Virus record (IMG/VR): IMGVR_UViG_3300011008_000009
Coordinates: 74,579 to 138,578 of that record
DNA length: 64,000 nucleotides
Direction: 5' to 3' (one strand)
Origin: a virus
Below are positions 10,854-22,170 of the stretch, piece by piece. The notes under the pieces were generated by a model. The model ran no database searches, was not told the origin of the DNA, and was given only the letters and a program-made list of their open reading frames with translations. Made by a program: the position numbers and the translations under genes. Within the stretch, counting starts at the first letter, position 1; each line of letters opens with the position of its first letter.

Positions 10854-12207
10854 AGTTAATAATGACCTAACCTCTGGCGTGTTTGATAGGGATTTAGTAG
10901 TTATAAATAATGATGTTATAACCGTAAATGGAGAAGAGATAAGTAATACTACTGGAAACTATTGGGTCGATTGGGCAATAGGTTTTCAGTCTTTTTGTAT
11001 AAATACTTTGGGATTAGAAGTACAAGACGGTCCAGGAACGAGCGTAGGAATAGTACAGAGTGAAATGGGACCAGTTCGTTTTCAATATGACTGTGATTGG
11101 AACGAACCTTTTGGAAGAGTTAAAACCTTTAATGGACAAGAACATTATGTCTATCAAGAAAATGGATATACTCTGTGGTCAGATGATGAAAATACTTTAT
11201 GGGGTAATATTACTCGACAGAATGGTATAGATAGTGTAAATAGACGCTTTGATTTCATTGTCTGGTTTACTGTTCAAGATGAAACAAAAGGTAGAATAGG
11301 ATTAAGATTTAAATATCCAATTACAACGGAAAGAGGTTATAGTTGTCCGTATTATATTTCTTCTTCTCCTTTTATACAACCTTGGTATGAGAAGGGAGAT
11401 AAAACAGCGGTTAATTATTATAGAATTAATGATAGTTGGGGAAAGTATTATAGTTCAAGTGGCAGAAGAACGGCTACTATTTCTTTGAGTAGCGATGATT
11501 TAGTATCTAATAGTTATGCTGTATTGGCTGGTCGTTATTTATATGCAACCACTAAAACTTTTCAAGATGAGGACGGCGCCAATAAGTTATGGATAGAATA
11601 TTCTCAAGGCTTGTCTGGAACTTATTCCTACGAGACTTTAGGTGGTGAATACGCTTCTGATGGAGCTGCTTCCTTTTCTAAGCTAATGGCTGAGAACCCT
11701 AGTCATTTAAAATGTTTTGTTTCAAAAAATAAGCAACTTATAAATATTAAAATTTTAAATAATAGCGGGAAAGTAGAATTAGATATTCTTTATGGAGATT
11801 TAATGGATGATAATGGAGAAGTTAATTCTTTTGTAGAAGTAAAAAGCCATAATTCCCATACACCCTCTGGTGGAAGTACTATTTATGATATGGATAACTT
11901 TTTGATTACTGATAATCATTATAATGTTAGAACAAGTAATCAAATCAATCGTCCCACTTCTACCGCCGTTAATGATTATAGTAAATATTGGGGTATTACT
12001 AGGGTATTACTTCAAGAAGAAACTAAGCATTGCGCTGAATTGTATCAAGTTTTTAGTTTTGCGGATACTATGTCAAAGCATTTATATAAGCAAATTAATT
12101 TTATAGATACAAACAATGAAATTCAGCCTTTTATAGTATTTAATTATGGTACTCAAAATAGTAATAATAATTTCTTTAACGCTACTTTGTTAGCTATGCC
12201 AATATAA
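10846..12207 (+). CDS. putative fibre/structural protein, paralogue 1 of 3
   Basis: N-terminal region resembles the next two ORFs (WVDWAIGF..LGLEVQDGPGTSVG; RFDFIVWF..GLRFKYPIT). Confidence 0.7.
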   Translation: MIKVNNDLTSGVFDRDLVVINNDVITVNGEEISNTTGNYWVDWAIGFQSFCINTLGLEVQDGPGTSVGIVQSEMGPVRFQYDCDWNEPFGRVKTFNGQEHYVYQENGYTLWSDDENTLWGNITRQNGIDSVNRRFDFIVWFTVQDETKGRIGLRFKYPITTERGYSCPYYISSSPFIQPWYEKGDKTAVNYYRINDSWGKYYSSSGRRTATISLSSDDLVSNSYAVLAGRYLYATTKTFQDEDGANKLWIEYSQGLSGTYSYETLGGEYASDGAASFSKLMAENPSHLKCFVSKNKQLINIKILNNSGKVELDILYGDLMDDNGEVNSFVEVKSHNSHTPSGGSTIYDMDNFLITDNHYNVRTSNQINRPTSTAVNDYSKYWGITRVLLQEETKHCAELYQVFSFADTMSKHLYKQINFIDTNNEIQPFIVFNYGTQNSNNNFFNATLLAMPI

Positions 12208-12218
12208 GGAGGTTAAGT

Positions 12219-13826
12219 ATGACAAATGAAACAACAGGTTACTTAACCTTTTATGATATGAGCACTGGAATTTTTAATGTTCCAGATCCAACTAAACAAT
12301 TAAGTGATTACGAGTGGCCAGGAGAAGACCCAACAGACCCCACATCAGACCCAGATTATATGGTTAAAGATTGGACCACTTGGATGTTGGCTTTAAGTTA
12401 TTGGTTAGAATATTATTTTGATATTGAAGTCTCTAGTGGAGATGGTAGTAGTTTAGGGCAGGTTGGTAGTAGACGTTATAATTCACAGGCATTATATAGC
12501 GGAAGATATCGTCAATATATAGAAAGAGATAATGACTGGAGTAGCGATGATTTAGGCAGATATGACCCACCTTTAGATGATAGTTGGCCCAATTTCCAAC
12601 AATATAGATGTCCTAGTCCTTTTGATTATAGAGCGAGTGATAGTGACCCTTACACTTCAGCAACTGGCAAATGGCAAGGTACTGAAAAATTTGACTTTAT
12701 TCATAATAGATTTGATATTATATTAAAATTAAAAAAAGATAATAATAACTTAAATAATCTAGGAATTAGAATTAAGTATCCAATAACCACTACTGGCACA
12801 GCTGACTATGTCGAACAGTCAGATGCATGGACAGTAGGATGCTCTTCTAACAGTAATGCAGCTTTTATAGTTCCTGGTGCTGTTCCCATAGTAATAGAAA
12901 ATAATGATATTATACAACCAATATTTAACGATTATTATATGGATACATGTGGTAACGATGAACTAACTGCAGGGAACAAGGCTTTCGGTTATATAACCTT
13001 TTTTTCTTCTACAATTAACAGCGGTTCGTCCGAATATTTTAATGACTATGTAGTTAACCAATATAGAATTAAATACAAAGGAAATATATATGATAGGCAC
13101 TCACTGCCAACTTACGGCGGCGGAGATAGAGTGACCACTTTTCTAAAATGGAATAAGGATTTTGAACAATATTTAAATTCCGGTTATAAATTTTCAGTTA
13201 AAGGTCGTCCTTATAATCATATCTATTTTAGAAAATCAATGGATGATAAGAATATAAATATTTGTATTTTAGACCAATCCTATGGTAAAAAATTTGATTT
13301 TATAGTTTTTGAGAATACTGATGGTAGTCAAACATTATTGTTAGGTAATGACAATAAGAGTTTTTATAATGGTCGCTGCCGTGACAATATGTATCGTTAT
13401 ATAGACCAAGAAGTGTCAGGAGTCTATTACAAAAATTATGATATTGCGAATACCTATGGTACCATTGGCAACACAATGATTTCTAACAAACAAGAAAATG
13501 GTCAATATTTAAACAAACTCACTCCTTCAAAAGCAGGTTATTATTATGATGTAAGAGACAGTAATTATAATTTAATAGATGCCACAGGCAATTGGCGCCT
13601 TGAGCTTTTTAGTCCTTTTAATAACGTGTATGCTACTAATTTATTTTTAGTTACTCGATGTGGTACACAAGACTTATTAAGTATAGACGGAAAATATATA
13701 ATAGCTACACTTAATGGTGATTTAACTAAATTCTTGGTGTTCACTTTTAACGGCAGAACATTACACGAATATTCAACAAATGATAATAACACTATGTTTG
13801 CAATACCAATAGAGGTGATAGAGTAA
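12219..13826 (+). CDS. putative fibre/structural protein, paralogue 2 of 3
   Basis: shared motifs RFDIILKL..LGIRIKYPIT. Confidence 0.7.
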   Translation: MTNETTGYLTFYDMSTGIFNVPDPTKQLSDYEWPGEDPTDPTSDPDYMVKDWTTWMLALSYWLEYYFDIEVSSGDGSSLGQVGSRRYNSQALYSGRYRQYIERDNDWSSDDLGRYDPPLDDSWPNFQQYRCPSPFDYRASDSDPYTSATGKWQGTEKFDFIHNRFDIILKLKKDNNNLNNLGIRIKYPITTTGTADYVEQSDAWTVGCSSNSNAAFIVPGAVPIVIENNDIIQPIFNDYYMDTCGNDELTAGNKAFGYITFFSSTINSGSSEYFNDYVVNQYRIKYKGNIYDRHSLPTYGGGDRVTTFLKWNKDFEQYLNSGYKFSVKGRPYNHIYFRKSMDDKNINICILDQSYGKKFDFIVFENTDGSQTLLLGNDNKSFYNGRCRDNMYRYIDQEVSGVYYKNYDIANTYGTIGNTMISNKQENGQYLNKLTPSKAGYYYDVRDSNYNLIDATGNWRLELFSPFNNVYATNLFLVTRCGTQDLLSIDGKYIIATLNGDLTKFLVFTFNGRTLHEYSTNDNNTMFAIPIEVIE

Positions 13827-13827
13827 T

Positions 13828-15198
13828 ATGGCTATTTCAACTACAATTGAACAATCCTATTCTCTATACAGTATAACAGATAATAATATCCTTTATTGGT
13901 CAGATTGGATTAAACACTTTATAGACTTTAGTGTTAATGTAATGGGTTGGGAAGTAGAATGTGGACCAGGCACTAGTTACGGCGCGATAATGCCATATTA
14001 TTCCTATAGTTCATATGGTAGTAGCTATTGGTATAGTCCAGGTTCTCAAAATGCAGGCTGGGATTGTGACTGGACTCAGCCTGACGGTATAATGCAACAA
14101 TATCAAGACAGCACGTATCGAGACCGTCCATTATATACAGGCTGGTTTTATAACTATCCTTTATGGAATAGACTAAGTTATCCAAATGGGATAGATGAAA
14201 CATATGGTCGTTTCGATGTGGTTATTTATATGAAAGAAAGTCCTAATAATGGAGAAAAAATAGGATTAAGAATTAAATTTCCATTGTGTTCTGTAGGATA
14301 TGCTTATAATGGTATATCTGTAAGAAATAGCTTATTTACTGTTCCGGGATTTAGTGTGTATAGTAATTTAAAGGGAAATATACAATATCAATATTCAGAA
14401 AGTAGTCGAAGTACCTCAAATTATGATTTAATAGATATTTCATTAAGACAATATCTGAGTGTGTTTTCTAATGCTTCTATGGGTGCTAATAGTGATATTT
14501 TCCTCGCACTAAAAGCAAAAAGTGGAGACCCTAGCGCAGATAACCGCGAATCACAATTATTTGATTATGATTATCAATACAATGATATAAATTACTCGGA
14601 GTGGCAAAGTTCTCCTGGTATTAACAATAATCGAGTCTTTAGATTACATTGGAAGAAATATAATAGAGTAAATTATCATATTTCTAAAGATGGCTATACT
14701 GATTATTTTTATGTATGGAACGACGAAACTGGTGATATGGGTATGAAAGTTATTATTACCCAATTAGAAAATGGTGAATGGGCAGTAATGATTGATAGAC
14801 ACTACAATGAAAATGATAATACTCTATGTCAACAAATAGGTTATACAGGTACTTTTAATAGTCCAGGTGTAGCTGACGGAAACTTTTTGGCGCGAGCGCC
14901 GTTACGTCCTTTTATTGGAAGAAACTCGCTCATAAATCGTTTTGCTTTTACTCGTATGTTAATGCCTTATCAATTAAGTTTGTGTAAAGATTTATACTAT
15001 GTTAGCAAAAGAGATGTAGCCGATATGGTAGAGTCTGGTCAATATGTAATGGTTAGAGATAAAAATAACGAACCACATTATTTCAGAGTAATTCCATTTG
15101 GCTCTTACCGAAAGAACGAAGGAAATTATTCAAGTTCATATAAAGATAACACCACGTTATTAGCTTTTCCAGTATCAGACCCAGAGGTGAGTGAATAA
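13828..15198 (+). CDS. putative fibre/structural protein, paralogue 3 of 3
   Basis: shared motifs YWSDWIKHF..GWEVECGPGTSYG; RFDVVIYM..IGLRIKFPL. Confidence 0.7.
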   Translation: MAISTTIEQSYSLYSITDNNILYWSDWIKHFIDFSVNVMGWEVECGPGTSYGAIMPYYSYSSYGSSYWYSPGSQNAGWDCDWTQPDGIMQQYQDSTYRDRPLYTGWFYNYPLWNRLSYPNGIDETYGRFDVVIYMKESPNNGEKIGLRIKFPLCSVGYAYNGISVRNSLFTVPGFSVYSNLKGNIQYQYSESSRSTSNYDLIDISLRQYLSVFSNASMGANSDIFLALKAKSGDPSADNRESQLFDYDYQYNDINYSEWQSSPGINNNRVFRLHWKKYNRVNYHISKDGYTDYFYVWNDETGDMGMKVIITQLENGEWAVMIDRHYNENDNTLCQQIGYTGTFNSPGVADGNFLARAPLRPFIGRNSLINRFAFTRMLMPYQLSLCKDLYYVSKRDVADMVESGQYVMVRDKNNEPHYFRVIPFGSYRKNEGNYSSSYKDNTTLLAFPVSDPEVSE

Positions 15199-15398
15199 TG
15201 CAAATTTGGGAATGTATTATTACTCGTAAAGTACAGGTTACGCGCCCTGACCCTACTTTTTATGATTATACTGATTGGTTTTCGGATACATCTGGGCGCC
15301 TAAACCCTGACTTTTGGGGAGATTTTATAATGACAGTAACTCAAATACCTATTTGTACTGTTGAGGGAGAAAATATAGAGGAGTTGAAGAGTAGTTGA
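15198..15398 (+). CDS. small hypothetical protein
   Basis: coupled ORF. Confidence 0.55.
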   Translation: MQIWECIITRKVQVTRPDPTFYDYTDWFSDTSGRLNPDFWGDFIMTVTQIPICTVEGENIEELKSS

Positions 15399-17452
15399 GT
15401 ACAACAATAGCCAATTTACCAAAAGCTGGTAGTTTATATGATAACCATTTAATGATAGTAGAAGAGGTAAGTAATGGTACTTCTGTTGAAACTCAGAAAA
15501 CTACTCTTCAAGACTTATATGAATGGCTAAATAATGCTTTAAGTAACGTTTATACACAATCTTCACAAATACAAGTTATTGGTAGTAATATTGATAGAGA
15601 AGTAAATGATGTTACTAATACAGTAATATTCCACTTCGTTTTGCCTAATTATGAGCCTAAGACTTATTACGAAGGTGAAATTGTAGCCTATAAAGATTGT
15701 ATTTATCAATGTATAAACGATACTCAAAGCGCGCAAATTGATGATATAAATTGGAAAAGAATGGGATACAATCCTGGCAAGTATATTACTATAGACGAAG
15801 ATAATATTATATCGGCGGCGGGAGTAAAAACTTGGCAAAGTGGAGAAGAATATGCAATAGGAGATTGTGTAATTCGTAATAAACAATTATATCAATGTTT
15901 AATAGCAAATACCGATACCACTTGGGATAAAAACAAATGGCAGAATATAGGCGAAGGTAATGGAATATTAATTTACGAAGATAGAAAATACTATGATGTT
16001 GGCGCCATTATAATTAAAGACGATATGTTATATAAAAGAGTTAGTGGCGGCGCCGATATATCTTGGACTCCTAGCAATTGGATATGTATTTCAAGCGGTA
16101 TTTATAGTATTGTCTATATAAAATATTCATATGATGTTCCTACTAGAGATAGTGAAATGTCAGATATACCGAATAGATATATTGGTATATGTAATGGAAG
16201 TAACACTAATGTGCCGCGACATTATACCGATTATGTATGGTATAAAATCAAAGGCGAAGATGGCACAGTTAATGTAGAAGCTAACTGCATTGTTATCGAA
16301 GCTACATTGGATAAAGATGATTGGAGTAATACTATTCCTCATACTATTACTGTTTTAGATAGTACAGTTACAGAAGATATGTACCCTATCGTTGATATCG
16401 TATTATCAGCTGATACTTCTCTTTGGGGAGACGAAAAAGAGAATTTTGTTTTAATAGACAAGGCGGTCGCCACTAATGGCGCTATAACTTTTTATTGCGG
16501 TAGTGATAAGCCAGCTATTGATTTGAATATTAAGGTAAGATTTAATGGCGATGTTAATGAAAATAGCTTTGCAAGGAGAGACGAATTGCAATCTTTTGAA
16601 ACATCTACTCAAAGTGCTTTTGTTGCTATGGGCGCCAGAGTGACTGATAATACTAATGACATAGAAGAACTACAGGCTGGAATACAGTTGATAATAGATA
16701 AGTTAGAAGAATTTAATATGGTGGATTATAAATATTGGTTAGTTTTGGGAGAAGTAACTACTGAGTACGACAGTTTAGCAGAAGTATTGGCTTCTACCGA
16801 TTATCCAGTGTTGTTAAATAATGAGCGTTCCGCCGCCTATGCAGCCTATATCTCGTCTGAAATTGCTACTGCAATAAAAAATAATCTAACATATTTAAGA
16901 CAAGCATTATTATGTGATAATAGTGATATGTTCTTTAATTCTAGTTATGACTATGATGAACATATAGAAGAATTTACCGAGGTTAATCCTACTGTTACTA
17001 GTGGAACTTATCAAGGTATAGTAACTTGTAGTTCTGATAGAGAGAGTTATGGTTATTGTGGCTATATGGCTTTTGATGGTGGAGTTGATAGTAATGATTT
17101 GACTGTAGTAGGTGAAGATAGACATATTTGGTCTGCTATGGGATTAAATCAATGGGTACAATATAAGTATAGCAGTCCTAGAAATTTATATAAGGTTAAA
17201 ATCTATGGTATAAGAGATAATGCACCATTAAGTGTAGAAGTTCAAGGCAGCAATGATGGCGAGAATTTTACTACTATAGATGTGAAGAATTTAAATATTG
17301 TACTTGATGCACAAAATTACACTGAGTTTATTTGTACTTGTAATACTAAGTATATGTATTATAGGTTTGTAATAAATGATAATTATTATAGTGGAACTTG
17401 CGCGGTAGGAGAAATTGAGATTTATACATTTGTGGAGGACAACAATGGCTGA
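15395..17452 (+). CDS. tail fibre with carbohydrate-binding-like segments and F5/8 type C-like C-terminus
   Basis: WQSGEEYAIGDCVIRNKQLYQCLIAN and C-terminal NQWVQYKYSSPRNLYKVKIYG...SVEVQGSNDGENFTTID...YYRFVINDN. Confidence 0.65.
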   Translation: MSTTIANLPKAGSLYDNHLMIVEEVSNGTSVETQKTTLQDLYEWLNNALSNVYTQSSQIQVIGSNIDREVNDVTNTVIFHFVLPNYEPKTYYEGEIVAYKDCIYQCINDTQSAQIDDINWKRMGYNPGKYITIDEDNIISAAGVKTWQSGEEYAIGDCVIRNKQLYQCLIANTDTTWDKNKWQNIGEGNGILIYEDRKYYDVGAIIIKDDMLYKRVSGGADISWTPSNWICISSGIYSIVYIKYSYDVPTRDSEMSDIPNRYIGICNGSNTNVPRHYTDYVWYKIKGEDGTVNVEANCIVIEATLDKDDWSNTIPHTITVLDSTVTEDMYPIVDIVLSADTSLWGDEKENFVLIDKAVATNGAITFYCGSDKPAIDLNIKVRFNGDVNENSFARRDELQSFETSTQSAFVAMGARVTDNTNDIEELQAGIQLIIDKLEEFNMVDYKYWLVLGEVTTEYDSLAEVLASTDYPVLLNNERSAAYAAYISSEIATAIKNNLTYLRQALLCDNSDMFFNSSYDYDEHIEEFTEVNPTVTSGTYQGIVTCSSDRESYGYCGYMAFDGGVDSNDLTVVGEDRHIWSAMGLNQWVQYKYSSPRNLYKVKIYGIRDNAPLSVEVQGSNDGENFTTIDVKNLNIVLDAQNYTEFICTCNTKYMYYRFVINDNYYSGTCAVGEIEIYTFVEDNNG

Positions 17453-17639
17453 TGGATTTATAATTAAAAGAGGTAGTCAAGGTGGAACGAAGCAAGTGGA
17501 AACTCTAGCTTTTAAGGGAATTGACTATGGTAGTTTAGTCCCATTAAAACTTACCAAAGAGCAAGGATTAGATATGGCTAGTTTATTGCCATTGAATGAT
17601 ACAAAAAACCACGGTACTGATTATAATATAAATAATTAA
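17445..17639 (+). CDS. short phage fibre-operon protein
   Basis: MADGFIIKRGSQGG...; start within longer ORF at 17415. Confidence 0.6.
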   Translation: MADGFIIKRGSQGGTKQVETLAFKGIDYGSLVPLKLTKEQGLDMASLLPLNDTKNHGTDYNINN

Positions 17640-17651
17640 TGGAGGTAAATT

Positions 17652-18383
17652 ATGCATACCTTAAATGAAATAGAATTAACCCTAGTATGCTCGCAAGAGG
17701 GAACAGAAACTATAGCTGAAGCATATCAAAGAATGATACTTGATGCTTTATCTCAATATACTGGTCTTATTAGAGAGGGTAGTAAAGTATGGTTTGATTC
17801 TGAAAAAAGAATAGGCTTTGAAGTTTATTGTTATAACACTAATTATATATATACTAGATGGTCAATAGACAACGTTACAGTTGGAAACAATTTGAGTTAT
17901 AATAATTTGTCTGCAACTGGGGCTATAAAAATGAGAATACATCGTAGTACACAAGAAAGCGTAACTTACTTTACTTTAAGTTATCTAACGTCTGCTACTG
18001 CAACGAACACAACTGAAACCCCTTTTATGTGTGCTGAAACCGCGGATGGTGAAAAAGTCGTTTTCAGTTATTATGATTATGGTTATGAAAGAACAGTGAT
18101 TTATACTAATACCATTAATTCCTTAACAGATACTGTGCTTAGAATTACTCGCGGCATGTATTCAAGCTATTATTGTATTACGAAGTATCCAGATGCTTAT
18201 CATAATAAACCTTTTAAAGAATTATATTTAGTCTGCAGCTATACAGATACAGAAAAAGCTAACAATCAATTAGTATCTTTCCCAGATTCGGTTTATCGCT
18301 TCGTGAGAATGCACAATAGAAACGATGCTAGTTATCGTTTTTCTTACGGCGGCTTCGCCTTCCCCGTTTCTGACCCAGCATAA
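17652..18383 (+). CDS. hypothetical protein
   Basis: ORF with upstream GGAGG. Confidence 0.6.
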   Translation: MHTLNEIELTLVCSQEGTETIAEAYQRMILDALSQYTGLIREGSKVWFDSEKRIGFEVYCYNTNYIYTRWSIDNVTVGNNLSYNNLSATGAIKMRIHRSTQESVTYFTLSYLTSATATNTTETPFMCAETADGEKVVFSYYDYGYERTVIYTNTINSLTDTVLRITRGMYSSYYCITKYPDAYHNKPFKELYLVCSYTDTEKANNQLVSFPDSVYRFVRMHNRNDASYRFSYGGFAFPVSDPA

Positions 18384-18445
18384 CTTTTTTAGACCCTATT
18401 ATAAGCTCCTTCACCTAATGGTAGAAAATATTAAGGAGGGATACT

Positions 18446-21400
18446 ATGACCTATATCCAAACTACCTCTCCTAGGACGGCAGTATTCTACGGCGAATCAA
18501 TGGCTGATTTAGCCTTAATGCCGACTACTACCAAAATAGGTGAGGGAGAGTATATACACGCCTTAGCCCAAGAAGGCAGTTATGCTATGATATTGCTCAC
18601 AGACGGCTTGAAGAAATTTATGCTCCGTAGCACTGGCTGGGTTGAAGTAAAAGACCAAGGCGGTGGCGGTAGTTGGTTCGAGCCAGGCGGCAACACAACC
18701 TTTGCAGAATTGCCTACTCCAAGTGGAGATAATGTTGGTATTGTATATAATGTTACAGATGCCTTTACTACTGATGAGCGTTTTAATGAAGGCGCTGGGA
18801 TAGATTATCCGGCGGGAACTAACGTTGCGATAGTAAATGTTGGTACAGACTCTACTCCAGTGTATAAGTTTGATGCCTACGCGGGCGCCTATACGATTGA
18901 TGATGAATTGTCGTTAGTGTCGGAGAACCCTGTGCAGAATAAGGTTATAACTAGTGAGATTAATGGGATTAATACTGCGTTACAAAATAAACAAGATACG
19001 CTTACATTCGATCAGCAACCTTCACAAGGTAGCAACAATCCTGTTAAAAGTGGTGGACTATATAATTCTCTTGGTGGTAAGTCTGCACTTACATTTTTAC
19101 AGGCTTATGATGCTTCCGTTGCACAACTTTCGTCAGGCTTTGTTTTCACGCCGCAAGGTGCCTACAATATGTACGAAAATGTTATGAGAACAATACCCTC
19201 TGTTGCCGGAAGCATAGCGGGTCAGTTAATTAATTCTGCAATACCACAAGTTATGCCAAAAGTTTATTGGTTTGCTGTTCAAGGTTCAGATTGGGACGAA
19301 TATGGTGAGGCAGTAATAGATTTACAGAATGATTTCCAAATTGTTATTTCTCAAACTAATTATAACCAATTAATAGTACAAGATGGCTTGAATTACTGGA
19401 ACGATTACGCGATGGAACTTCATACCGTTAATACAGATGAAAGTGGGAATATTACCACAATACAACTTGTATGTGATATTTATAATACCCAAGATCCACC
19501 TAGTAACCCTCCTACTTATATGGAGTTTTTAATAATATCAAGCCCAGCGACCAAAAATGGAGCAGCTTCGCTTTCAGCTTTATATGAGTCGCCAGGATTA
19601 AAGGCTCTTGCTGATAAACCTAATATAGATGACACTCCTAGTTGGACCAATACATATAGTTCGATGCGTATTGACGAAAAGGTCGCCGCGCTGATAGACG
19701 ATACCACAGCCGCGCAGAACAAGACATACAGCTCGGCAAAAGTGGAAGAGAAAGTCGCCGGCGAAGAGATCACCACCACAGCCACCGGCTCTGACCTGAC
19801 CCTTTCCACAAGCTCCGGCAACATCAACGCACTCACGGTTTACGGCAAGTCTGAAGTCGTGGACGGAAGCATTAAGAGTGCGGGTGAGGGGTGGAGTACT
19901 GTTGATTTAGGGACACTGACGTGGGGCTATAATTCATTCTCAGCTTCAAACCCGTTTTTTTATGCTTCTGACATAAACATCAAATTGGCTACAACGCAGG
20001 CAATAAATGAAAATCTTGTATGTGAGGCATATAACACATATTCCTTTAACACTGTGCTGTACGATGTAAATATAGACAAAGCAATCGGTGTAAATAGTGT
20101 TGATAATGCATATAAACTTGTCGCAACAAACACTGATTACGCCGACGCAGCCTCATTCAAAACAGCAATGTCTGGCATTATCCTCGCATACCAACTCGCA
20201 GACCCTACACAGGGCAACACAATAGCTGTCAAGACCGACAATGGCTCGGGCATAGACGGCACTATGGCTGTATTCACAACGGGGGCACCGCTGTATGGTG
20301 TTTCTGATACCGTAAGAGATGTTATGCAGTGGAACGGTTCGAACGGTGAGGTTACAAAGAATTGTGCGAAAGGTAGATTAGCGGATTTGACATGGACTTT
20401 AGACAATGATAGACAGGCTTTCTATACTAACGATTTGACCAATATAATTAAGCCTGCAATCAACTTTAATAGTCGACCAAATCTTTTAATAGACGGCTAC
20501 ACCGTAGTCACTCCAAGCCAAGTTCTGACAAGCACCACTGACTTGCGAATATCAGCATACCATTATGGGCAATTCGACATACTTACGCTCCGAAACCTCG
20601 CGTACACAACAGTCTCCGACTTTGTAGCTGGTCTCGGTGACGCAGAACTCATCTACGAACTCGCAACACCTACAACTGAACAGCTGACAACAGCAGAGAA
20701 CGCAAGCATTGCAGGGCTTCGCACTTTCGCGCCACAGACACACGCGCAGAATAATGCAGGTGCGACGATGACAATTGAAGCATACGCTGGAACAGCGAAC
20801 GGCAAGGCAATCAACTCTATACAGTCGGACCTACAGGAACAGATTAACAACATTAAAAACACAATAAAGCCAAGAGTTTATGCGTTCTACGTTGATCCAA
20901 ACGATAGCAATCCTGCAACTCGCGTTCATCCGTATTATAACACAAAATACGGCTGTGATAATTTACTTTATATAAACGCATATATGGACTACGAAAAAGA
21001 CGAGTTCAACTATGGTTCATGGGAAGATTTTATCAAAGAGTTTTTCAAGCCTTGTATGCTTGCTTATGATGGTCACGTAGATTATTATCTTGACCCAGAT
21101 GATTATGAGACTAAACTTGACGGTGGTACAAGTGATATTAAGGATATGACCTATAACGGTAATGTTATGGTTCAAATTAAGAAACTTTGGGTTAAACGTT
21201 GGACAACAAACGGAAAATACTACTGTATTATTTCTGACAAAAAACTTGACAAATCTTTTAAGGCTTTTGCACATCACGATATAAAAGGTAATGTACTTGA
21301 CTATATTTATCGCGCTTGTTACGACGGCAGCTATGACGGAACAAGACTACGCTCTATCAGCGGCATTGACTATCATAATCTCAATGCATTAACTGTTGAC

Positions 21401-22123
21401 AAAATAATGTCAAATACTACTCGTCAACAGGAAATTAACTTTGCAAAAGCGAATAATGATACAAATGAAAAGGGAGAAGGCTGGAACATCCTCCATAAAG
21501 CTGAGTGGGACTTAATCAACGATTTACTCTTACTTATTGGTATGAGTACCAATACACAAGCAACTTTCGGTAATGGTAATATTTCTAGCTATGTATCTAC
21601 AAGTGATACCGGAATAATAGCCACTGGTACAATGGATAAGAAAGGCTTATTCTATGGCAAAAATGATAATGTAAGTGGTGTTAAAGTTTTTGGTATTGAA
21701 ATGCCTTGGGGTAATATCTGGAAATCTTGTCTTGGTTGGATTTTGTCTGCAAATCAACATTTGGTTAAGATGACTCTGGGTAATGAAGATGGGTCAACAG
21801 CTACAGATTATAATCTTGATGGTACAGGTTATGTAGCTACGGGTAAATCAATTACTGCAAGCGGTTATATCAGTTCGTTTGACGGAGCTGATACTGGTTT
21901 CTTACTTACAGCCGCGAGTGGTAGTGCTACAACGTATATGTGTGATTATGTATGGCAGAATACCGCAACATGCTTTGCGTTCGTTGGCGGTAGCTCGAAC
22001 AACGGTGCTCAATGCGGGGCGTTCTCCTCGGTTCTGAACGCTTCGGCGGCGGCTGCGGGACTTGCACGGCTCGGCGCGGCGCTTTCCTACAAAGGTTTAG
22101 CTAATGATAAAATAAATAAGTAA
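18446..22123 (+). CDS. DGR target: large tail-fibre/receptor-binding-like protein with variable C-terminus
   Basis: 1225 aa; C-terminus VWQNTATCFAFVGGSSNNGAQCGAFSSVLNASAAAAGLARLGAALSYKG overlaps the VR. Confidence 0.9.
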   Translation: MTYIQTTSPRTAVFYGESMADLALMPTTTKIGEGEYIHALAQEGSYAMILLTDGLKKFMLRSTGWVEVKDQGGGGSWFEPGGNTTFAELPTPSGDNVGIVYNVTDAFTTDERFNEGAGIDYPAGTNVAIVNVGTDSTPVYKFDAYAGAYTIDDELSLVSENPVQNKVITSEINGINTALQNKQDTLTFDQQPSQGSNNPVKSGGLYNSLGGKSALTFLQAYDASVAQLSSGFVFTPQGAYNMYENVMRTIPSVAGSIAGQLINSAIPQVMPKVYWFAVQGSDWDEYGEAVIDLQNDFQIVISQTNYNQLIVQDGLNYWNDYAMELHTVNTDESGNITTIQLVCDIYNTQDPPSNPPTYMEFLIISSPATKNGAASLSALYESPGLKALADKPNIDDTPSWTNTYSSMRIDEKVAALIDDTTAAQNKTYSSAKVEEKVAGEEITTTATGSDLTLSTSSGNINALTVYGKSEVVDGSIKSAGEGWSTVDLGTLTWGYNSFSASNPFFYASDINIKLATTQAINENLVCEAYNTYSFNTVLYDVNIDKAIGVNSVDNAYKLVATNTDYADAASFKTAMSGIILAYQLADPTQGNTIAVKTDNGSGIDGTMAVFTTGAPLYGVSDTVRDVMQWNGSNGEVTKNCAKGRLADLTWTLDNDRQAFYTNDLTNIIKPAINFNSRPNLLIDGYTVVTPSQVLTSTTDLRISAYHYGQFDILTLRNLAYTTVSDFVAGLGDAELIYELATPTTEQLTTAENASIAGLRTFAPQTHAQNNAGATMTIEAYAGTANGKAINSIQSDLQEQINNIKNTIKPRVYAFYVDPNDSNPATRVHPYYNTKYGCDNLLYINAYMDYEKDEFNYGSWEDFIKEFFKPCMLAYDGHVDYYLDPDDYETKLDGGTSDIKDMTYNGNVMVQIKKLWVKRWTTNGKYYCIISDKKLDKSFKAFAHHDIKGNVLDYIYRACYDGSYDGTRLRSISGIDYHNLNALTVDKIMSNTTRQQEINFAKANNDTNEKGEGWNILHKAEWDLINDLLLLIGMSTNTQATFGNGNISSYVSTSDTGIIATGTMDKKGLFYGKNDNVSGVKVFGIEMPWGNIWKSCLGWILSANQHLVKMTLGNEDGSTATDYNLDGTGYVATGKSITASGYISSFDGADTGFLLTAASGSATTYMCDYVWQNTATCFAFVGGSSNNGAQCGAFSSVLNASAAAAGLARLGAALSYKGLANDKINK
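21983..22090 (+). repeat. DGR variable repeat (VR)
   Basis: Codon-by-codon alignment to TR at 22289-22396: in the first 75 bp, 13 differences, all at TR adenines, 0 of 53 non-A positions changed. Confidence 0.93.
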
Positions 22124-22170
22124 AAGTTACGAAAAAATTGTATGGTATTGTAAATATTTTTACTTATAAA

